The notes under the pieces are model-generated. The model worked only from the letters and a program-made list of their open reading frames with translations, was not told the origin of the DNA and did not search any database. The translations under genes were made by a program, and so were the position numbers. 64,000 bases of DNA from Octopus vulgaris (Eukaryota), in NCBI GenBank assembly GCA_951406725.2, contig OX597814.1:50406001-50470000 (forward strand), written 5' to 3'. Below are positions 41,035-53,492 of the stretch, piece after piece. Position 1 is the stretch's first letter; each line of letters begins with the position of its first letter.

Positions 41035-41834
41035 ACAGTTCTATATTTAAGAGATGAGCAATTATGTACATTATTTACATTATTTACATTCGACGGATAA
41101 TTGTCCTCATCTTGTTTGTTGTTAACACAACGTTGAAAGGCCTCTCCGAAAAGATACAAAAGATATGCGGCCCATATGACATCATGACAGTATTCAAGAA
41201 TAATACAACACTTTACAAATATCTTCTTCGAGTAAAACCACCAATAGAAGAGAATATGACCAAAGATTGCGTGTACTCCATCCCATGCAGCTGTGGTAGG
41301 TTATACAAAGGCGAAACATGCCACCCACTCAAAATAAGGGTAAACGAACAATGCAAAGCGAGGAGATATTGATAAACCGGGTATAGCTGATCATGTATGT
41401 AAAAATGGAGACCACCTCCCCCTGAGGAATGAAGTTAAAATAATAGACAGAGAACAACACTGGAAAATACGAAAACTAAAAGAAGCAGTACATATGCTAG
41501 GACACAACAACCTTCTAAGCAGACCGAGTGCAGATATGAGCAGCATATGGGAACCGGTGTTAAGGAAGGATAGGAGATTATTAGATTTATAAGCCTTACA
41601 ATTCACACCATAATTGCCCATGGGCATATGGTGTAGTGGTTAAGAGCGCGGGCTACTAACCCCAAGATTCCGAGTGCGATTCCAAGCAGTGACCTGAACA
41701 ATAGTAAGAACAACAACAACAATAACATCGAAAAATACCTTAGGAATGAGAACCCAGGTTCGAAATTTCCCCAAGACACCTGAAGGCTGGAGGGTTAACA
41801 ACAAACAAGATGAGGACAAATATTTATGTAAATA
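41035..41834 (+). mobile_element. 5'-truncated Penelope/Poseidon-type PLE: inverted tail, GIY-YIG ORF, tRNA-like module, deleted HHR
   Basis: CVYSIPCSCGRLYKGET...IADH...VKIIDREQHWKIRKLKEA, stop at 41590-41592; TSD AATCGAGTCCTTT at 41022 and 41835. Confidence 0.9.
41622..41695 (+). promoter_or_regulatory. tRNA-derived sequence (Pol III A/B boxes), not a functional tRNA
   Basis: A box TGGTGTAGTGG, loop GGG-CTACTAA-CCC, B box GAGT(G/T)CGATTC; acceptor and T stems are mismatched. Confidence 0.8.
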
Positions 41835-42858
41835 AATCGAGTCCTTTGGTATAGATTAGTATAGTATAAATTTGTATAGTATAGTACAATTTGTAGTAAA
41901 CTTGTATTTAGCTATGTTATCAAAATCAAAGCTTTCTTTTGTTGCTATAATGTTAGCTAATTGATGTTATATACAGTTTATAGAGTCTGATTTTTAGTAG
42001 TGGGATGGAGATAGTGTTTCGAGGCGTTCAAATACAATGGTGATACAATTTGGAAGAAATAACTCCACCTGACAGTTCAATTATTGTTGTGGTGTCTGTG
42101 TGTGCCGGAAGTTTAAATGTATTACATGACATTGATCACAGAATGAGAATAACCACAGAGAGGTGTATTTTCCGAGTTGTAAGCTCATCATGGTCGAAAC
42201 AAGCAGTCATGCCAGATAATGCATCTATAAGAATTAATGTTTTGCATAACTTATTGCAGCAGTCATTCTTTATTCAATAGAACCAAACTAGTTGAATAAA
42301 AGTGTTTTGTGTTTGTAAGAACAAATGCATTTATACTGTTGTATTTCTTATTTCTAACCATATTTCACCTCATCTGACATTGAAAGCAGAAGTTATAAAA
42401 ACTCAAAAATAAAAACTTAAGAATGCCACCCACACTATATTTTTATGTATTTATCACTTTATACCGATGTCATCATTCACACAGATGCAATAAACCTCAG
42501 AAAATTTGATTTCCTTGTGGGTTCTCGTAGTTTTAGTCATTCCATTTAAATAAATCTCGATTGCAAGCTGGAACCATTCCATCTAGATTACAACATCTAT
42601 TGCTTTGAATGACACGATTTTCCTCTTCCTCTCTTCGATGAATGATACGTTGGGTTACGGCAATCAGTTCTGTTGATCCATTTATATTAAAGGGGTTCCC
42701 ATTGTCTCCATAATTTCTATAGAAATCAGTGAACTGTACTCTTTTACCGCCCTAGATTAGTGTTTAAATATATGTGTGTATGTATAAGCGTGCGTGTGTG
42801 TGTATACGTATGTATGTATATGTGTGTGTTTATATGTAAGTGTGTGTGCGTGTTTGCT

Positions 42859-43880
42859 TCTATATGCCCTCATTCCTCGCAATGAAGGCCTCCTCGCATT
42901 GAAAATCTTCCTCGATCTTCGTCGTAATAATCAATCTGACACCTCTATCCTCCTCTGTTTGGCTGAACTTGTCCTCTCCTTAAGTTGCTTCTCGTTCGCT
43001 AGGCAATTTTACCATCAGGTGTCGGGAGTCTGCATGGGAGCGGAAAGGAGTCCAACTATGCGAACCTGTTTTTCGGCTATGTTGCGGTCCAAATATTCTT
43101 TCAGTTCACCGATCCCACTCCCGAATTATACGGTCGTTACACTGACGACTGTATCGGTGCGATCTCACACCCCTGCCAGCATTTCGACTTCTTCCTCTCT
43201 TTCATCAAGTCCTTCCATCCATCCCCTGAATTCTCTTGCTCCGTTTTCAACAACTCTGACAACTTTCTCGACATTTCTGTTACCATCCACCACTCTTCTC
43301 TTGCCACCGCTCTCCACTATAAATCCACAGGCGCACACTCTTATCTCAACTTCTCTTCTCACCCTAGCCACTCCAGATTGTCCATTCCTTACTCTCAGTT
43401 CTGCTGTCCCTGCCGCCTCTGTAATGACAAACAATGACTTCGAGACATTCCCTCCTAATGGCTTGCCACTTCACCCAACTAGCATACCCCACCACTATTA
43501 TCCAAATTACCCTCGCCTGTGCCCAATCTGCTGACCGTGCATCTACTCTCGCCCACCCTGCTTCTGGTCCACCTTTATCCCTCCCTTTCCTCCTCACGTA
43601 ACACCCCTTCACCCTACCACACTAGCACATCAGTTTGCATGCTTTTCGCCGACACCAGTCTGACCCTTTCACCTCCTACATCTTCCTCAACCCACCCCAT
43701 CCCCTCCTCTAAACAGGCCCATAACCTACGTAATCTTCTGGTCCATAGCTTCTTCCCCACTCCTGGAGCCCAACTTGGCTACTTCCTTTGCTTTCGCTCA
43801 CCCTGCAACACATGCCGCTACCTCCCCAACCTCAGTAACACCCACCACCGCTCCAAGAACATAACTAATTCATTCACCTA
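42859..43880 (+). mobile_element. PLE reverse transcriptase remnant (Neptune-like), frameshifted
   Basis: LYALIP..EGL, FYHQVSGVCMG, YANLF, RYTDD, and a CFRSPCNTC Cys motif in the RT-EN linker. Confidence 0.85.
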
Positions 43881-43925
43881 CTCTCTCTCTCTCTCTCTTA
43901 TTGCCTGTACATTAGTCAATATATA

Positions 43926-44000
<75 letters not shown>

Positions 44001-44736
44001 AAGAAGAATCAGCAGCAGCAATTATGTAGTAGCAAATGCAGGAGGAGTTACGATAAACAGATGTTTATATTATTAATTCTTATGTACCTTTTACCATTAC
44101 TGTTGCTTTGGAACCCTGCATTGTATGTTCCAAGTGCATTTGGAACGCATCATCAAGGAAAACTTTTACTGCATTAAGTTACAGAAAGCTAATGTTAATA
44201 GTTGGGTAGATGCCTTTTCATAATAATAGAATAATTAGGAATATCATTGACAAACCCATCATCGGTAGAAAAGAGATTTCCAACTGAAGAACTGAACATT
44301 TGACAGATATAAATTGTATCAATTTAAATATACATCCCAGGAAAACTGACAATAACCATATATGCATCGACAATTTCACAGTAAACCAAAATTAAAAAAA
44401 ATTCTAGAAGTAGGAAACTTAATGTAACATCGTTTAATCATCCTTACTCACTGCAAATTAAAAGTACCTCGTGACCATTCATTGACATCTTAAAGAAAAG
44501 CTTTCAAACCCAACAAATGCCACAAGATATTCAATATAACTTCTACTAAACTATCGTACTCGGCTACACTAAATTTAGCTAACGACATAGCAGCTGAAAA
44601 ATACCTCGTTTATTTCCGTTTATCACCGTTTCTTTGGCGCGTAACGTCAAAATCTGGATGACTAGTCAAATCAACCAATAACACAAGTATATTGTGCAAT
44701 AAATAATCACTATATTTTACTTTCTTCCTACTAAAC

Positions 44737-44783
<47 letters not shown>

Positions 44784-44859
44784 AAAATGTGACTGTCTGA
44801 ATGTGTGTGTGTGTGCGCGCACGGAGGCGACATGTATATGTCACAGGATTGCGAAAATT

Positions 44860-45400
44860 AGTGTTACATACTCGAGAAGTATGTCAGTCCAGATTGGAAT
44901 ATTACAAGAAACAAATTTCCCTGTGTATGAGGCTTTTGTCCTTATGACCCTGCCAAATGGGTTCGAAACGTGGACAACCTACGGGAATCTAATAAAACAG
45001 TTGCAGAGGCTTCATCGGTATTTGTACGTAACACATCCTCAACACCAAATGGTCACCTTACACACCAGATACTGTTGTACTTGAGAAATCTGGCAAGCAC
45101 CAAAATTGAGAATAGAATAATTACGAACCAGAACCAGAAAGGTTGGTCTCGTCATGCTGTCTGAATAGATGGAAGGATACTTAAACAGATTTTTTATGGG
45201 AAATTGACCAGAGAGAAAGGCTACAGCAAACAAAGTGATTTAAGGATGTGACAAAGAACAATCTTAAATCGTTGTATATATTCGTTGACCACTGGAATGT
45301 ATTGACTAAAAACCATGCATCTGGAATTGAAGCGCAATGTGTTTGACTGATTTCTTCTCTCAAGAGTTGGATCGCTCAACCAGCTTAACTCACATAAACT
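44860..45400 (+). mobile_element. RTE-clade LINE C-terminal remnant
   Basis: VYEAFVLMTLPNGFETWT..LQRLHR; WSRHAV resembles W.GHV. Confidence 0.6.
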
Positions 45401-45724
45401 AGGAAGTGGCTCTCAAGATGAAACTGCTGCCACATCGTTCGAAGGATATTTTTAGCAAGTGTGGAATAATTTGCAACTCCACTGGATGCCTGACTAGGAT
45501 GCTACAATACATGAAACCACAACTCAACCGGTGATGCAAGTAGACAGACAGTTAGAGTGTTACATTTGCGAGTTTGCAGAACGGAAGCTGAGCTAAAGAC
45601 CCACCTACATGTGCATGGTCACGCAAGGTTCAATGAAGGGATGGCATTCATCTGCCAAGAATGAACAATCAGTATTGTAAGACAAATGCTAATAATATTT
45701 TTTTAATACAGTGACAAACACACA

Positions 45725-45762
<38 letters not shown>

Positions 45763-45789
45763 ATATATATACACATAACTTTATCATTC

Positions 45790-45886
45790 TTTTACAAGAA
45801 GAATAGTGACAGTGACTTCGAAGTTTCGCCCTGCTAGCCTTCATCGGTCGAAACTTCTTCGTGGTTACTGTCACCACTTCTAAAAG
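45790..45886 (-). mobile_element. Fold-back element with a truncated HHR
   Basis: Minus strand CCGATGA-AGGC..GGC-GAAAC-TTCGAA-GTC inside the GTGACAGT...ACTGTCAC hairpin. Confidence 0.55.
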
Positions 45887-45888
45887 TA

Positions 45889-46453
45889 TTGGGTTGTTCA
45901 TAAAGTTCGTGCCGATTTATTGTAGCTTACCTTTCGACTTATTTTAGAACATGGTTGAGTCCATAAAATAGGATTTGACTACACATCCATTCAGAGCAAA
46001 GTTTAAGCTTTCTTTTCGTGGAAGAAGATTTATGTTCCTATAGCTTGTGTTAATTCTGTAACCCTTTAAAATGGAACATAAGAAAGTTCATTTTCGGCAC
46101 TTGATGCTTTGGGAGCCTGACACAAATTGCTGCATCTCGGCTGGATGTGTTACCCCACCCTCCATATTCCCCAGATATTGCTCCTTCGGATTTCTACTTA
46201 TTCCGGTTTCTGCAGAATAGTCTTAATGGTAAAAATTTCAATTCCTTGGATGACTTAAAAAGATACCTTGATGAACTCTTTGTCATGAAACCACCTCAAT
46301 TCTGGGAAGAGGGTATTTTCAAGTTAAAGGAAAGACAGAGACGCATTGTGCAACAAAACGGTTTATATTTGGTTGATTAAAAATGTAATGGCAAGTATTT
46401 ATTGACCTTTTTCTTTCCTTTCAAAGTCGGCACGAACTTTCCGGACAATCCAA
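45889..46453 (+). mobile_element. Internally deleted mariner element
   Basis: TIRs TTGGGTTGTTC..AAAGTTCGTGCCGA / TCGGCACGAACTTT..GACAATCCAA; TA TSD; HPPYSPDIAPSDFYLF motif. Confidence 0.92.
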
Positions 46454-46595
46454 TACAATTATATATTACGTTTATATATAAGTTTGCAAGATTCTTGATG
46501 CGAAATCATGCATTGAAACATATATTGATATACTTGAGGACGGTCGTATTTTGCCAATCAAACGCATGCACTTTTATATTTGGTCTTCACTTCAG

Positions 46596-46635
<40 letters not shown>

Positions 46636-46969
46636 GTTGTTGTTGTTGTTGTTGTTGTTTCTTTGTCAAAGGTGTTTTATTACACATCCTGTAACCTCTT
46701 CAGCGACTCTTTATCCAACGTGTCTCCTCTTGGTCTGCTTATCCTATTTTTGTCTTTCTGTGATATATATCCTTATGTGCGCATGCATTTGTGCCTGTAT
46801 CTGTGTGGGTGGGTGTGTGCGTGTGCGTGTGTGTATGTGTGTGCGCGCGAACGCATGTACGTGTGTCTGTGTTTAGTGTGTTTTGTGTGCATGTATACAG
46901 GCTTGTTTGCTGCGCTGTTTGTACCCGCGTCTCTTATTTATTTATTTATTTATTTATTTTATCATTTGT

Positions 46970-47170
46970 TTATTACCCTGCGCGCCTAAGCAAAAGCAGG
47001 GTATTGTAATCACTCGTCTTTGTCAGATTGTCTGTGTTTTTGCAAAATTACTACAAAACGGCTGAACGGATTTTCACCACATTTGGCAGAAATACTCATT
47101 GGTTGAGTGGCTCAAAATCATAAACATTTGGTTTGATTATCTTATTTTTTTTAAATAGAACTTACAAATT
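46970..47170 (+). mobile_element. HINE/DINE-1-like (non-autonomous Helentron) 5' part
   Basis: TTATTACCCTGC...GCAGGGTATT subterminal inverted repeat, GTCTG-like stretch, CGGATTTTCACCACATTTGGC core. Confidence 0.55.
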
Positions 47171-47734
47171 TCCTGATAAGCAAGTGGTCATATTATTTTG
47201 CTCACTTTCTTTTTCATAGAAATTGACCCTCGTCAGCGTGTGTATAGATCATGCGCGCAGACACGTGTGGGTACATACATACATACATTCATACATACAT
47301 ACATGTATACATACATACATACATGTATACATACATACATATGTGACTGTGTGCGCGCGTGTAAACGCGTGTCTGTGTGTGCGTGTGTGTGTGTGTACAC
47401 TGATGAATTCGAAGGTTTCGTTTATTTACGAGTTGATTTCTTAATTTCATCAGAGTATAAACACTAATGATACTTAAAATAATGATGATACTTAAAAAAA
47501 AGCAAAATTCAGTTCAATTAAAAAGCATGGGTAAGCAACGCATTGTAAGCTATACTATAATTTGCGAAAAAATGTATCTGCGCGCAGGGTATGCATCGTC
47601 CCTCCGATGCCTTTTTTTTCCATTTATTTATGTTTCTCATTTTGCTTTCAGTATGTGTGTGTCTTGCGTGTGTAAATATGAGTTCATGTATTATACCGTT
47701 TGTATTTATGTCTTTTTTCATCTTATTCTGTCTT

Positions 47735-48340
47735 TAAGTCATCAGGTTACGTAGTGGAGTGTTATTATTCCATTCATGATTTCTGTTGAGGTCCGGTCTG
47801 TCTATTATGTTGTGTGTGGCTTCTGTAATTTGACTAAGTGTCGTGACTGTTCTACGTTTTGATAATATTTTAACATCTATGTTATTAAGCGGGCCTCCAT
47901 GTTCTAATTGAGCTTTTCTCCTCCTTGAGTTCCTGCCATTTTCATCTACCCGTTCACCTATACTAGGTGCTGTCTCCCCAATGTATGTCGTTGTCCTGTT
48001 TCTGCACTGTCCCTCAGTGTGCCTTATACTATAGACCACTCAGTAGTTTATAGTATAAAATACGGACATAAAACATAAATTTCGTTCCTGGAATTTATGT
48101 AGTCATTGAAGGCTCACAAGTTCTTTAACAGAAATAGTTTTCCAAGAGAAATATTGAGCATCTTTTTGACCCATTAATACAGTTTGGTTTGGATGTTGTA
48201 GTTAATCCCTTCATTAAAGTTGAAAGGTTAGTTGAATGTCTCTTATTACAGTACCTAAAAGTCGAAGAATGGTCGTTATTTCTAGCATTAAATTTTCCTC
48301 TCACTCCTCCGATATAACGCTTGGTTTCTGTTCGACTATT
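47735..48340 (-). mobile_element. Degraded PLE GIY-YIG fragment
   Basis: VYSI..C..TYIGET..RVDE..VKILS..ITEA..IDRPDLN. Confidence 0.8.
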
Positions 48341-50559
48341 GCCATAGTTCTCTGATACCTGTGCTTCATAAACAACGGTGGATATATCGCATTTCTGCTT
48401 TAGAGGACATTTAGATTTGTCTCTACATGAGCATCCAGGGCAGGCTTGAACTTATAAAGGTCTGTACGAATAGCTGCTGAACAGAAACCAACATAATACC
48501 CTTTCCCTCTATCATATTTTCCATTTTTTAAAAATATTTATTCAGCCTTATTTATACGTTGGTTCTAAAGGTATTCAATGCACACCGTTCAACGTTCCGA
48601 ATTCCAGACTTTCCACGCTGCTTGATAGTTATCAATCCTCCAAACCAGCAATATGTACTAGTAGTATACTGGCGTTGATTTCAGCGATTACACTTCAAAA
48701 TATGTCATCTTTCCATTCGAAAAAAAAATCAATGTATTTATTTAATAACTAGTGTTTCAATTTCAACTTTTCAACTAAAGTTTCTCATTAATTGCGTTCA
48801 ATTAAATACAAATTACCGAATAAATTGTCCTGTAGTTACAATGTATTAAATACTTCCTATTAATCTACTTTCACTGGGAATAGTTTCTTTAAGAGCGTCT
48901 GAAACAAAAACATATAATTAACTATTAAGTAACCTGCCATGCATGAGTTAGACTAATTGGTTGAGAAATTTGAACTATTATGATTTTTGTAAAACAATAA
49001 ACCTTTTCGCTTTTAATGTTCTTTCAATGGCTTAGTTACTAAGCTAATTTGACCAACTGCTGTTTTTAGCTATTATTACAATTGCAAAACAGCTTCAAAC
49101 CTATTTCTTGCGTTCGTTATTTGTTTAATGATATAATAATCATTTAACAGAAACAAAGTCGTCTGCCAAGGCGAAAAAACAATATTTTTGAAATGAAGCT
49201 CGATAACTTCATTCACTTCACCTAGAGACAGAACATATGACGAATATAATTGCTGCAATCTCGGTCTTCTCATAAATGTCACATGAACGATTTTCTGATG
49301 ATTTGAACTGTAAGCAACATATTATATGTATGTGAATATTATGCCTAAAATACAGTGGTTCTCACAACTATTTTCACTTATTGAAGGATACAAACAATTG
49401 AGTGTATATAATTCCTTATATGCACACACCTTTCGAACTTCCATTTTCCACTTGTACCTATATGGATACTAAATGTATCATGTTTAACCAAAGCCTAAGA
49501 AGAATAAAACTGTCTAGCATTAGTAACATTTGTTATTACCGATGAAAATAACAAACAGTAAAAGACGCGGAGAAACTCAAAAATAGAAAATATGGATAGA
49601 ATTGAATTACCTCAGCCACAAGCACTGAAAGTGCGGATAGAAAGTACTTTTGAATTTATGATATTAAGTAATAAAAATATAATCTAAAGAATTAATCTAG
49701 AGGGTTGCCTTGGAGTAGAAACTAGCAGAGTTTACAAGAAAATTTATTCAATAAGATTAACCATTAGATTCAACCTTCATATTAAATTAACGAAATTAAT
49801 GTTCAGAAATAGCAACAAAACTTGAATAAAGAACTTCACCTGAATGGCGGAAAATTATGGATATTTTCAGAAGCATAAATTAATAAAAGGAGATTCAAAT
49901 ATACATTAGTTCTTATCTCTTTCAGAAAATTACAAGAATTAATAGGAACAGTTATCCAAAATAGATCGATTTTAAATTAATGTTTTATCATTTCACTGTG
50001 CAATTCTCGTTAATGTATATTAATGTCTTACCTATGTAATTTGGGTGCAAGACTTTAATTTGTGCCCGTATTAGTGTTCAATCTGTTGTAAATATTTGAG
50101 CCATGATTCTGGGGTTTTTTTTGTTGGGGTATAACTTCTTCCCTTCTTTTCCGGATGAAAGAAAAGGCAAAGCACACAGATAATGGTCGTTGACCTTTCC
50201 ACTTGCAATAATCCATAAAATATATTACAATTTTAAAACATACAATTAGTAAATAATAATCAACTGATGCATTTTCGAATGTTTCAACTTACACTACTAT
50301 TAATTACTTTCTGTGGAAACTTTATACTTTACAATCACCATGGATTTTCTTTATTTACATATGTTACTATAAAGAACAGACTAATCGATATTTCTTTACC
50401 AAAACCTACACAATTTCCATTCAATTCACGTTCTGAATGAATAAGCAAAACTATAAATGGGGAAACAATGTATCTGATATTTCCTCGTTTCGAACTTTGA
50501 TAATTTAGGCGCAGATGCGACAGTTGGCGCATCGTGTCTATAGATGCAGACGTGGATGC

Positions 50560-50935
50560 ATAGTAAGAAGATTGCTTCGCAATCACATAGTTCACGGTTC
50601 AGTCTCATTGCATGGTACCTTCGGTTAGTATCTTCTAATACAGCTTCGGGCCGACCAAAACTTTGTGACTGGATATAGTGGACAAAAACTGAAAGTGCGT
50701 CGCATATGTGTGTTTGTGTGCATGCATGCATGCTTGTATGTGTGAGTGTTTCCCACCACTTGACAACTGGTGCTAGTGTATTTAAGTCCCCGTAACGTAT
50801 CGATTCGGCAAAAGAGACTGATGGAACAAGTACCAGGCTTTTAAAAATATAAGTACTGGGATCGATTCGCTCGCCTAAAATTCTTCAAGGAATTGCTCCA
50901 GCATGATCCAATTACTGAAACAAGTAAAAGATAAA
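50560..50935 (+). mobile_element. SINE family B, diverged
   Basis: Head, body and ACTGAAACAAGTAAAAGA tail. Confidence 0.8.
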
Positions 50936-51342
50936 TGATAAAAAGAAAATCTTAAATCATTTCTTATAGGATTTCAGTTTATGAAACTCTGATCCCTATG
51001 CAAGCAACGTTTGAATATTTCTGAAAATATGGATACTATACCGAATAATGGGAGAGAACAAGAGAAAATTCTTGTTGCCCAGTTGTACTATGAATCTCTC
51101 TACAACATAATTCAGAGCTGCCTAAATTATTATGATGTTAGTTTATCAGCTGAAGGATCGACCGTGCCACACTCTTTAGTTATATTTTTTAATACAGCGT
51201 AAACTTAGACCAGCTCCCAAAAAAAGTGTTCATAATATTAGACATAACATACTTACATACAAGACCTTTCTGCACCCATACATACACACACAAGTGAGTC
51301 TACAGGGTGCGAAAAACATTCCGTGTTTTCAAAATTATATAT

Positions 51343-51726
51343 AGGCGCGGGAATGGCTGTGTGGTAAGTAGCTTGCTTACGAAGCACATGGTTCTGGGTT
51401 CAGTCCACTGCATGGCACCTTGGGCAAGTCTCTTCTGCTATAGCTTCAGGCCGACCAAAGCCTTGTGAGTGGATTTGGTAGACGGAAACTGAAAGAAACC
51501 CGTCGTATATAAACTCTTTTACTTGTTTCAGTCATGTGACTGTGGCCATGCTGGAGTACCGCCTGTAGTCGAGCAAATCTTTGTAAGCCTAGTGCTTATT
51601 CTATCGGTCTCTTTTGCCGAACCGCTATGTTATGGTGACGTAAACACACCAGCATCGGTTGTCAAGCGATGTTGGGGGGGACAAACACAGACACACAAAC
51701 ATATAGACACACACACACACACAGAG

Positions 51727-51787
<61 letters not shown>

Positions 51788-52180
51788 TACGACGGGCTTT
51801 TTGCAGTTTCCGTCTACCGAATCCACTCACAAGGCTTTGGTCGGCCCGAGGCTTTAGTAGAAGACACTTGCCCAAGCTGCCACGCAGTAGTACTGAACCA
51901 GGTACCACGTGGTTCGTAAGCAAGCTACTTACCACACAGCAACTCCTACGCCTATTCATATACATATCTATGAATGTGTATATGTTTGTGTATCTGTGTT
52001 TATCTCCATCACTGCTTGACACCCGATGTTGGTGTGCTTGCGTCGCAGTAACTTAGCGGTTCGGCAAAAGAGACCGATAGAATAAGTACTAGGCTTAGAA
52101 AGAATAAACCTTGGGGTCAATTAGATCAACTAAAGGCGGTGCTCCAGCATGGCCACAGTGAAATGACTGAAACCAGTAAA
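51343..52180 (+). mobile_element. SINE family B with an antisense family B copy (51513-51952) in its centre
   Basis: 5' half at 51343-51510, 3' half at 51960-52180, full minus-strand copy between. Confidence 0.88.
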
Positions 52181-52249
52181 AATATAACTTTCCATTCTTC
52201 ACTATATATATATATACATATATATATATATAGAGTTTTATTTCTTCAT

Positions 52250-52334
52250 TTCTCTGAAGAGAAGATTTCATTGTTTTACGCCATTTTATTCATTTGGAAT
52301 AATACCAATGGCATCTTCGAAACATGTGTCGGAA
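52250..52334 (+). ncRNA. Type I HHR
   Basis: TTCT-CTGAAGA-GAAGAT...ATCTTC-GAAAC-ATGT-GTC-GGAA. Confidence 0.85.
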
Positions 52335-52708
52335 CTATATATCGTTGCTATTATGTTAAGCTGTTGTATGTCCAAATTTGGCCAAATGCGTTTTTTTTTC
52401 AATATTTATTTTTTCTTACAATAGCCGGTTCTTTTGGTCAAACTATCGTATCTCCAGCTTCAGATGCCAAGATATCAAAAATTGTCAAAGTGTGGTCAAC
52501 GATTTTGCTATGGATTTTGCTATGAATAAAATTGTTTCACCATTCCATAGCAAAATCGTTGAACTACACTTTGACAATTTTTGATATCTTGGCATCTGAA
52601 GCTGGAGATACGATAGTCTGACCAAAAGAACCGGCTATTGTAAGAAAAAATAAATATTGAAAAAAAACGCATTTGGCCAAATTTGGACATACACGTTTAA
52701 CATAATAT

Positions 52709-52814
<106 letters not shown>

Positions 52815-52872
52815 GAAATATTAAAATTACTAATATAAAAGAGATTACGGCATATTAATATGGCGATAACAA

Positions 52873-52912
<40 letters not shown>

Positions 52913-52966
52913 TATACATATATATATACATGGAGTTAAACACAGATGTTATTCAAATTCTTTTAG

Positions 52967-53051
52967 TTCCGACACATGTTTCGAAGATGCCATTGGTATT
53001 ATTGCAAATGAATAAAATGGTGTAAAACAATGAAATCTTCTCTTCAGAGAA
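52967..53051 (-). ncRNA. Type I HHR, inverted copy of 52250-52334
   Basis: Reverse complement with an intact core. Confidence 0.85.
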
Positions 53052-53294
53052 ATGAAGAAATAAAACTCTTCAATAAGACATTTTAACAGAATATGATGGA
53101 TATGTATAGTGATCACTATACATTATTTATATATATTATACAAAATATTTCACATAAACCCTGAGTTTCTACCTTTAAAATCAAGGTATTACGCCCTTTT
53201 TACTTGTGTGATTTCTTGCTATTCTGGTAACTATTTATCTATTTTTTCCGTGTTAATTGTAAACAAAAGGGAAAATACACACATATATTTATAT

Positions 53295-53371
<77 letters not shown>

Positions 53372-53492
53372 TATGTATCATTTTGGCCAGCTATCTACGA
53401 GCGAGGAGTAATACCAATATTGAGAACACACGCTGAGAAATTTTCTAGATATTAAAAAAATTCCTCTTATAAACCGGAAAATACTTTAACAC

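Larger units (their letters stand above)
40100..42320 (-). pseudogene. Very degraded L2-like RT remnant, host of the 41035 PLE insertion
   Basis: YDVPRGS (VPQGS-like) and CHTDDVL (YADD-like) near 40700-40830; boundaries uncertain. Confidence 0.3.

Noticed and set aside
41622-41695. Functional tRNA gene with anticodon ACT
   Set aside because: Acceptor, anticodon and T stems are mismatched, there is no oligo-T terminator, and it is embedded in a repeat.
47395-47750. CTGATGA motifs near 47400, 47450 and 47745
   Set aside because: A consistent stem I/II/III with a cleavage triplet could not be built.
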